From the NCBI GenBank assembly GCA_000002445.1, contig CP000071.1, positions 2,400,001 through 2,464,000 on the forward strand: a DNA stretch of 64,000 nucleotides, in the 5' to 3' direction. The position numbers and the translations under genes were made by a program. A model generated the notes under the pieces. That model worked only from the letters and a program-made list of their open reading frames with translations, was not told the origin of the DNA and made no database searches. The DNA comes from Trypanosoma brucei. Its lineage: Eukaryota. Positions 56,617 through 64,000 of this stretch are shown here, in pieces; the first letter of the stretch is position 1; each line of letters begins with the position of its first letter.

Positions 56617-58032
56617 ATGGACAGATCTGGCAGTCAATCCGCAGCATCAGCGGCGTCGGAACTTGCTGACAGTCGGGGTTTTGTGGGGCCAATATCGGAT
56701 GCCCATGACCACGGAAATACTGACGAGAAAAATACCTCAAAAGCAAAGGATTCAAATGGTTTCTTCTCGAAGGTGAGTTTATGCATCGCCACTGTTTTAC
56801 CTCCAGGCGGCATTGCGGCGAGTGCTTTCAACATGGCCTCAACAACTCTTGGCGGCGGTATTATTGGGATGCCAGCAGCAACCAACAGCAGTGGACTTGT
56901 TATGGGATTATTTTATCTCATGCTCATTTCCTCCGTAACCGTTTTTACAATGCACAACCTTTCCATTGCAGCGGAGCGCACCAACACCCACACGTTTGAG
57001 GAGGTGACTCGTGTGCTTCTTGGCCGTGGGGCTGCATATATTCTCGCTGCTATCCGAGCATTCCTTGGGTTTAGTGCCTGTGTTGCTTTTGTTATATCTT
57101 TGGGGGATATTATGTCTTCTATTCTAAATGGCACTAATGCACCGGATTTTTGGAAAGAAAAATCAGGTAACCGCGTCTTGACGGTAATAGTTTGGGCATG
57201 TTGTATGCTTCCACTTGTGATACCGCGACATGTGGATTCACTTCGTCATGTTTCCACCTGTGCCGTTACTTTCATGGTGTATTTTGTCATTGTGATTGTT
57301 GTGCACTCGTGTCTAAATGGGCTTCCGGAGAATATTAAGAGCGTTAGTGTTGGAAAGAGTGATACAGCTGAAATTATCCTTTTCAACACCGGAAACAAGG
57401 CAATTGAAGGATTGGGAGTATTTATGTTTGCCTTTATTTCGCAAGTTACAGCATATGAGGTCTATGTGGACATGAAGGATCGCTCCGTGCGTAAGTTTGT
57501 TATCGCAGCCACCGTAGCCAATGCACTTTGTTTTGTTTTGTACGCTCTAACGGCCTTTTTCGGTTACATGGACTTTGGCCGTGATGTTACCGATTCAATT
57601 TTGCTCATGTACGATCCCGTGAATGAACCCGAAATGATGGTTGCAATGGTTGGCATATTGGTGAAGTTGTGTGTATCGTATGCACTGCTTGCCATGGCAC
57701 TTCGCAATTCATTGTACAGCATTGTTGGAGTAACTGCGGATAAGCTGCCTTTTTGGAAGCATTGCGTTACAGTTTTGGTCTTGTCTGGTATTATTCTCCT
57801 TTTAGGGCTATTCATCCCAAAGATCAATACAGTATTCGGTTTTGCTGGTTCCATTACTGGTGGCTCACTTGGTTTTATTTTTCCCGCGCTGCTTGTGATG
57901 TATTCGGGTGACTTCACATGGCAGAAGGTGGGTCCTGCATATTACATTGCAACTTACTTACTTTTGGCAGGCGGCGTGTTTGTCATCGTATTTGGCACCG
58001 GTGCCACCATTTGGGGCGCTGCTGTGGGTTGA
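56617..58032 (+). CDS. Amino acid transporter of the AAT/AAAP family, second subfamily, copy B
   Basis: The ORF track start at 56533 is TTG, and the first in-frame ATG is at 56617 (MDRSGSQSAASAASELADS...). It is a paralogue of the 53345 gene. The N-terminus and many positions are divergent, but a central block is nucleotide-identical. Confidence 0.8.
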   Translation: MDRSGSQSAASAASELADSRGFVGPISDAHDHGNTDEKNTSKAKDSNGFFSKVSLCIATVLPPGGIAASAFNMASTTLGGGIIGMPAATNSSGLVMGLFYLMLISSVTVFTMHNLSIAAERTNTHTFEEVTRVLLGRGAAYILAAIRAFLGFSACVAFVISLGDIMSSILNGTNAPDFWKEKSGNRVLTVIVWACCMLPLVIPRHVDSLRHVSTCAVTFMVYFVIVIVVHSCLNGLPENIKSVSVGKSDTAEIILFNTGNKAIEGLGVFMFAFISQVTAYEVYVDMKDRSVRKFVIAATVANALCFVLYALTAFFGYMDFGRDVTDSILLMYDPVNEPEMMVAMVGILVKLCVSYALLAMALRNSLYSIVGVTADKLPFWKHCVTVLVLSGIILLLGLFIPKINTVFGFAGSITGGSLGFIFPALLVMYSGDFTWQKVGPAYYIATYLLLAGGVFVIVFGTGATIWGAAVG

Positions 58033-60088
58033 GCCAAAGCCGTACGAGCAAACCGCTTTTTATTTTTATTTTTATTATTTTTATTATTATTTTTCGATCA
58101 TCCCCTCATTTGTGTTTCCTCTGCACCGCTTATTCATTTATTTTCCTTGTTTTATTTCTTCTTCTTTTCGTATTATGACGGCTCCAGTCGATATATGCAA
58201 TGCACTGTGGTGTGTATGTAAGTTTTAAATATGATATTGTGTTAATTATATATGCTCATTTATGGTTGATATAAAAGTGATTGTAGGAAACATAATTAAT
58301 AAAATGTGGTAGTTGTTCAGTTATTTTTAACAAGATACCTTCGATCGCACGTGTACGTCCCCTCCCAAAAAAAAGTAGTGTTTCAAGACGGCTTAAATTT
58401 TGTTTGTTTGTTTGTTGATCACTTCTTTGTTTTACCGTTATTATTATTATTATTATTTTCCCTCTCGCTTTGTCGCATCTTTCAGTTTGTTGTAATTTAT
58501 CTTTTTTTTTCTTATTTCGTTACTTTACCTCCTCATTTTATATTGTTTACAGACATGAAAAAAAAAGATATTATGTTTCTTGTCTGCTAATAATAATAGA
58601 AAGGGGAGGAATAAGCTGTTATCTGCAGGTCGTCCTTTTTTATAAATTTTATAAATTTTTTCTTCCACTTACCTTTTTAAAAAAAATTTTCATTTCTTTT
58701 TCTTTCTCCTTTCAGATTTATTTTCCTTTTTATTTTATTATTTAGCAAGTGAGTGCGATTGTAAAGTTTTTACAAACGTGCGCGCACGGATGTGTGCGTC
58801 TGGGAGTCATTCCACCTCCTTTCCGTCTGTTGCAGTTATTTTACCGCTTCACTTTTAACTTTCTTCCTTTGTTTTCCTCCCTATTTTATTTTGTTATATT
58901 TTAACTCAATTTAATTGTCTTTCCTTTTTTATCTTTTTCATTTTTTTCCATTTTATTTTGTTTCGTCTTTTCCCTCTTATTTGTTGTATTTATGATTGTT
59001 ACGTATAAGTACATACACACGTGCGCATTTGTCTCAATAAATATATACATATTTGTTTATTTTTATATTTGCGGGTGCGCTTGTATATATGTACCCCTGA
59101 TTTTATTTATAGATGGCAGTGAAGGAGGGGCCAACACATTTATTTGTTTTTTTTTAAATTCCTTTTTTCTTTTATTTTTCCTTTATTTTATTTCCTTTCT
59201 CTCTAAGTGGTAACTCCCTCTTTACTGTTTTTTTTCTTTTTTCTCTTCCTCTTCTTTTAACTGACTTTAATTGGTTACTACCACGCTTCAACTAACACAA
59301 GACTGTTTCTTTTTATTTTTTCCTTTAATTATGTCATTACCACTCACTATGAAAATATTAATATTCCTCAGTATCTTTTCACCTCATGTCATCTCATCTC
59401 ATCATTTCTTTTTTTTTTGATTTACTTCTCTTTTAAATACTTTAAAGGAAGTTGAAGAAAAGGTTAAATATGTTCACTTAACAAATGGTCGGAACTCCGC
59501 GCGTACTGGAAAAAAAAAATTCTTTAGGAAGATGATGCGTTACGACCACCGCTGTGTAGTGTTTCCACTCTTTGAGAAACTTCTTTCCTCACTTTTTTTT
59601 TTCCTCAGAGGATATACGCTAAAGTTTAATGATATGTTGCTGTGCCCTTAAAAAAACTCCACAAGTTCTGTTGTCAGTCTTTTTTAATAAATATAAGAAT
59701 AATAATATATGAGTTAAATGAACGTATGCCACCTTCTTGTTTCTTTTTTTTTTCTTTCCCCTTTCGTTTTTGATGTCTTTAATGCCACTTAAGTTTTGCG
59801 GTGTGTTGTCACTCAGCATATGTGTACCATCCTGAAATGCTAAAATGGTGAAATGTTAACGCACGGTTGCCGCAAATGGTGGTGATGCCGCCTTTATTAA
59901 TTACATGCGGGGTGATTTGTTGCAAGCGCGCACGTGAAGTTGTCTTTTTAAACATATATTTGACTTGTGGTTATTATATTTCTGCTTTATTTCATTATAT
60001 ATATATATATATATATGTATATTAGCATGTGCGACACTCTTATTTTCTATTCTCCTTATACTTTTCGTCATAAGTAACAATCAATAAA

Positions 60089-61534
60089 ATGAAGAAAGAA
60101 TCCGTTCCTTCCAAATCAGAAAACACAACGGACTTGCAACCGGAAGGTGTTGATATGCCCGGTGAGCCTCTTGATGTGATCGGTCGTGCCTTTTCAAATC
60201 GTCAACCCAAACATATCGGGCAGGGACTTGCGGATGCCGTCAGAAATGTTGCGGTAGGACTTGGAGTAGGAATAAGTAGTTTTATTGCACTTCCAATTGC
60301 TGGTGGTAAACGAGAAGGTGCCACAGGTGTTGCTAAAGGAATTGGATTTGGACTTCTCGGGCTTGCAGGTGGTGCCGCTGCCGGTTTGGTGACGGGTGCC
60401 AGACAGTTGGGTCGTGGAGTTGTCAACACAAAAGCGGCTGTTGAGGAAACCATACGAAGGGAACGGTATTGGTGCAGTATAACTGGAGGTTGGATTGAAG
60501 TACGTCTAAATGAGATGTTGGCCGACATTCCCGTAACGGATGATGACATTTATTGTAAGGCACGTGAAGAATACCGTAAAGTCAGTTCGTCATCATGGGA
60601 TGGCGCGGCATCTCCATCTGGAAGTGAAGGCAACGACCCCAGTGAGGAAGGTTGTGAAGGTTCATGCGGAAAGGAAGATTACTACAGTCTAATTGGTGTA
60701 GAGAGAACAGCAACAACATCTCAAATACGTGCGGCTTTCCACCGCAAGGCATTGACGTTGCATCCAGATAAAAATACGGGCGATGCGGAGGCTACTCAGC
60801 GCTTTCAGGCCATACTGGAGGCTTATAATGTGTTGAGTAATGACGCACAGCGCTCCGAATATGATGCACGCGGATCTGTAGATATCAACGCGGGAGAAGG
60901 CGGGTTAACTTCTCCAATTGAACAGTCTCTTGGCGCCACGCAATTGGAGCCTTTCATTGGTCGCGTGGAGTGGGCGGTTCATCTCACTCCATATGTATAT
61001 TTTGACAGCGAATTAAGAAAAGAGCTGAAGAAACGGAGGGTTCTGCGTTTGGCCCAAAACCTCGTGCGGTTTGTGGATGGCGACGAGTCGACGCTCGAAT
61101 CCGTGCGACCGTTAATTATCGACGCCGTTTCCACACGAGGTGGCGCGAGACTTATGCCAGTGGTGGCGCAACAATACGCCGCGGCTGCACGGCAGCATTT
61201 GACGAGCTCTTCCCTTTTGCGCGAAGTGGACAACTTCGGTACGTCAAAATTAGCCTTTTTAGGTGGCGTGGCGGATGCAACAGTGGCATGTTTAACGACG
61301 GCGGTTAAAGCTGCGCGGAAGCGTCTGGATGGAGATGAATTCCTTGACACAGTGTTAGCGCTGTGTGAGTGCGATGTACAGAAAAATGTTTTGCGCGCGG
61401 CCCGCCTTCTTTTTTATGATTTATCAGCATCTGCTGAGCAACGCAATACGCGGGCATATAACTTGTTGAAGCTTAGCAATATGATCAAAGATATTTGCCT
61501 GTCATGTTCCAGTGTGGTAATTGAAGCACAATAA
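60089..61534 (+). CDS. J-domain (DnaJ/Hsp40) protein of 481 aa
   Basis: ATG at 60089. A central J domain is present: DYYSLIGVERTATTSQIRAAFHRKALTLHPDKNTGDAEATQRFQAILEAYNVLSNDAQRSEYD. The HPD tripeptide is intact. The N-terminal region is Gly/Ala-rich and hydrophobic (GLGVGISSFIALPIAGG...GIGFGLLGLAGGAAAGLVTGA). No canonical Gly/Phe linker or zinc-finger CxxCxGxG repeats are present, so it would be a type III J protein. Confidence 0.75.
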   Translation: MKKESVPSKSENTTDLQPEGVDMPGEPLDVIGRAFSNRQPKHIGQGLADAVRNVAVGLGVGISSFIALPIAGGKREGATGVAKGIGFGLLGLAGGAAAGLVTGARQLGRGVVNTKAAVEETIRRERYWCSITGGWIEVRLNEMLADIPVTDDDIYCKAREEYRKVSSSSWDGAASPSGSEGNDPSEEGCEGSCGKEDYYSLIGVERTATTSQIRAAFHRKALTLHPDKNTGDAEATQRFQAILEAYNVLSNDAQRSEYDARGSVDINAGEGGLTSPIEQSLGATQLEPFIGRVEWAVHLTPYVYFDSELRKELKKRRVLRLAQNLVRFVDGDESTLESVRPLIIDAVSTRGGARLMPVVAQQYAAAARQHLTSSSLLREVDNFGTSKLAFLGGVADATVACLTTAVKAARKRLDGDEFLDTVLALCECDVQKNVLRAARLLFYDLSASAEQRNTRAYNLLKLSNMIKDICLSCSSVVIEAQ

Positions 61535-62058
61535 TATTCCTTATGAAATCAAAAACCAAAAAAGAGTAAAAAAAAAAGAGTTCTCTACTCACACTCATCT
61601 CATGGGTATACCTTAAGAAACACTAGTAAAGCATCTTTCGCGCTTCCATAAACGTTTTTTAAATTCCAAACTCAAACAGAGACACAGTCACGAACGTGCA
61701 TTTACACCCATAAAGGTATGCGAATACAAATGAATATTCAAATTTATTTATGTGATGTCTATCCACATCTGTGCTGTGCCACCGTTGCTATACGGTTGTG
61801 TTGTTAAGCAGTAGGCACCTTGGGGTGGCTGCTTGAAAGTTTATGTCATATATACAAAAATTTATTTTTCTGCTTTACCGTTTGTTTCTGACAGTGATAT
61901 TCTTTTCATGGTTTCTTCCTCCATTTACTTTTTTATTCATTCTCCGTAGCCTCACCGCGCGCCTCCCCATTTTGTGTTGGGGTCTCAGTGTAGTTGGCGC
62001 TTCCGTTTTGCTTTTCGTTTTGTTTTGATAGTTTTTTTTTAATTTAAATTTTGATTAA

Positions 62059-63369
62059 ATGAATGTACTTTCTGACATTGCTCACTCGGATAGTAGTTTT
62101 GGTTCACCCACTGAGAGGGGTGAAATCGCGCAAAGGAAACCAGCGGATGGTAAGCGGGGAAATGATCGGCTGACTATAATGAAAGATTCGATACGTGCGC
62201 GATCGCGTTTTCATGCGGCAGGTAACTTACGTGCAGCGAAGTTGGCGGATGATGACAGTTCATATGGGACAAAATGCAAAGGAACTCAAGCCGATGGGAA
62301 CAGATCAGGAAGAGGTACCCCTCTTTTGAATAATGCTTTCTTTAATTTGTGTCCCTTTTATGAGAAGGAGGCATCTGACGGAGCTGAGCTGCAGGAACAA
62401 TCAAAGCATGAAGCCGCCATTGCGAGAAATGATTTGGCAGAGGGGGATGCGGCATTTGATGTACAGTCACTCAATAGCCTCTCCGATATGCTAAATAATG
62501 ATGCAAAGGAGGATTACAATCGAGTTTGTACGGTACGACGTCATCACCACGTGGAGCCGCACTTCGGTCTTCTCCCACAACGTTCGCACCGACTTTCTAC
62601 GGTTTCCACTGGGAAAATTAGTAGGGACGAGAAACTTCAGGCTCACCCTGAGCGTGTTGTGGACTGTCGTTTTCTCCCAATGGAGGAAAAATCTAGGAAT
62701 TGGTTGCAGAGTTGTTCCGCAAAGGAAGCCTGCAATAGCGTGACGTTGTTGGTGAATCGTGCTGTCGACAACTTTGTTTTAAAGGAGGCGTCCATCTCCT
62801 TTGCGGAAACCGCGTCGAGTCACTCCATTCTCTCACTCGATGACGAGTTAGTTTTTCATAACCCTCTCACTTTCCCCGTGTTTAGTGAGCCTGGCGAATC
62901 CGATGATCAAAGTGAAGCACTGATGAGGTCTAACTTTGTGGCGCTGCTGCCAACATTTGAATCACAGAAGGCCTCGAGTTGTATGAGTGGAAGTGCGTTC
63001 CTACAAATAAATGGGGAACTTTTAACACCAGACGCGAGCAATGCGGTTGAGCTGGCGCCGGAGACCTCACCTGCTATACCAAAAAAGCATCAGCGACCAC
63101 CGTTGTCTGTTGAGGGAGAAGGAATGGAATTATCTTTGCAAGTTGCGCCGAGTGCGTCACTTTACTCGAATGGTGCTGACGAGTTGAATGCCAATAACAG
63201 TTGGAGCAGTTCAGCGAATTGCACGAGTTCTCTTCTTGATTCCTTAGCGGCACTCCCGTTGGAATGGAGTTTAGCCGTAATTCAACTTGTTTATCGGGAG
63301 GAATTGACGCGGAGCGCATTGGTATCAGCGGAGCGTGGCGCTCGAGCGTGCATGATATCCCTCAAGTGA
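62059..63369 (+). CDS. Hypothetical protein of 436 aa
   Basis: ATG at 62059. The ORF has coherent composition and no recognisable domain. It is followed by AT/CT-rich intergenic sequence. Confidence 0.45.
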   Translation: MNVLSDIAHSDSSFGSPTERGEIAQRKPADGKRGNDRLTIMKDSIRARSRFHAAGNLRAAKLADDDSSYGTKCKGTQADGNRSGRGTPLLNNAFFNLCPFYEKEASDGAELQEQSKHEAAIARNDLAEGDAAFDVQSLNSLSDMLNNDAKEDYNRVCTVRRHHHVEPHFGLLPQRSHRLSTVSTGKISRDEKLQAHPERVVDCRFLPMEEKSRNWLQSCSAKEACNSVTLLVNRAVDNFVLKEASISFAETASSHSILSLDDELVFHNPLTFPVFSEPGESDDQSEALMRSNFVALLPTFESQKASSCMSGSAFLQINGELLTPDASNAVELAPETSPAIPKKHQRPPLSVEGEGMELSLQVAPSASLYSNGADELNANNSWSSSANCTSSLLDSLAALPLEWSLAVIQLVYREELTRSALVSAERGARACMISLK

Positions 63370-64000
63370 CACGGGTCTCCACTTATTGCTCAAGCGGATC
63401 CAAACAATGATATGGGGTCTTCTCCAACTTTCTCGGGTGTGAAGAGGCCGTCCACTTCGTTTACGGAACAAAATACTGTTGAATTTTTTAATAGCCAACC
63501 TCATAATTAGTTTTCCAATGTTGATGGTGATGCTTTTCTTTTTTTTTTCCCCTCTTCTTCTTCTTCCCCGTTTTGTTTTCTTCTTTCTTTTTCTGAGGAA
63601 TGGTGCAGGTGAAGCAACTTTCCTCACACCCCTATTGGATTTTTTTTTTGCGTTCTCCCTCTTTTCTGTGACGTCCGCTGTGCTGGTACGCCGCTTCTGA
63701 TGTTAATGATGATCGAAGAAAGGAGCGGATTTGTTTTGCTTTGTTTTTATTTTTCCTCTCTTTCACCCTCCTCTTTTTTTTTTGTGCGTTTTCCATTTCT
63801 CTTTGGTCTTCACTAGGATCGGGAGAAATCGCTTATTGAATCTAAAATTTTTCTTTTTAGATTCGCTCCTCTGTTTATTCTCAACTTTCTCTTTAACTTT
63901 TTCCACCCGTTTTAAGCCACATTGCACCCTTATGTTTCTATTCTCCTGCACGGTTTCATTTTATATTTATTTATTAATACACATGTTTTATTATTATTAA

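Noticed and set aside
1-64000. Prokaryotic interpretation: operons, RBS, phage or defence islands, CRISPR
   Set aside because: The gene sizes, long AT-rich intergenic regions with polypyrimidine tracts, abundant microsatellites and a eukaryote-type RT-RH remnant all indicate a kinetoplastid nuclear genome. Several TTG 'starts' in the ORF track are artefacts of a bacterial start-codon table. No direct-repeat and spacer architecture is present.

Overview
The window reads as nuclear DNA from a kinetoplastid, Trypanosoma-like. Every supportable protein-coding gene lies on the + strand, separated by AT-rich intergenic regions with long polypyrimidine tracts and many dinucleotide microsatellites: (TG)n, (TA)n, (CT)n and (AC)n. 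This is the signature of one polycistronic transcription unit with trans-splicing and polyadenylation signals, not a bacterial operon. No tRNA, rRNA, CRISPR or spliced-leader sequence was found. The provided ORF track uses alternative start codons (several listed 'M' starts are TTG). I moved those starts to the first in-frame ATG.

Contents, in order:
- A possible tail-anchored protein, then a 716-aa hypothetical protein.
- A 632-aa Rab-family GTPase with an approximately 90-aa insert, a Leu in place of the catalytic Gln in the switch II motif (WDTAGLE), and an acidic tail.
- A small C2-domain protein.
- An 821-aa protein carrying a perfect 240-bp tandem duplication.
- Two large proteins with mitochondrial-presequence-like N-termini.
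- A 662-aa hypothetical protein and an 856-aa coiled-coil protein.
- A tandem array of five amino acid transporter genes (AAT/AAAP family) of two sequence types, three of them in two near-identical segmental copies and two downstream copies visibly mosaic.
- A degenerate retroelement remnant (reverse transcriptase plus LTR/DIRS-type RNase H, VIPER-like) inserted between the two array copies.
- A 940-aa hypothetical protein and a 262-aa protein.
- A second, divergent AAT gene pair that shares an approximately 170-bp identical tract.
- A J-domain (DnaJ) protein and a 436-aa hypothetical protein.

The most interesting structure is the AAT array, with its mosaic genes, the retroelement scar between copies, and a truncated boundary repeat plus a G+T-rich block at its 3' edge. 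The unusual giant Rab-like protein is the other standout.
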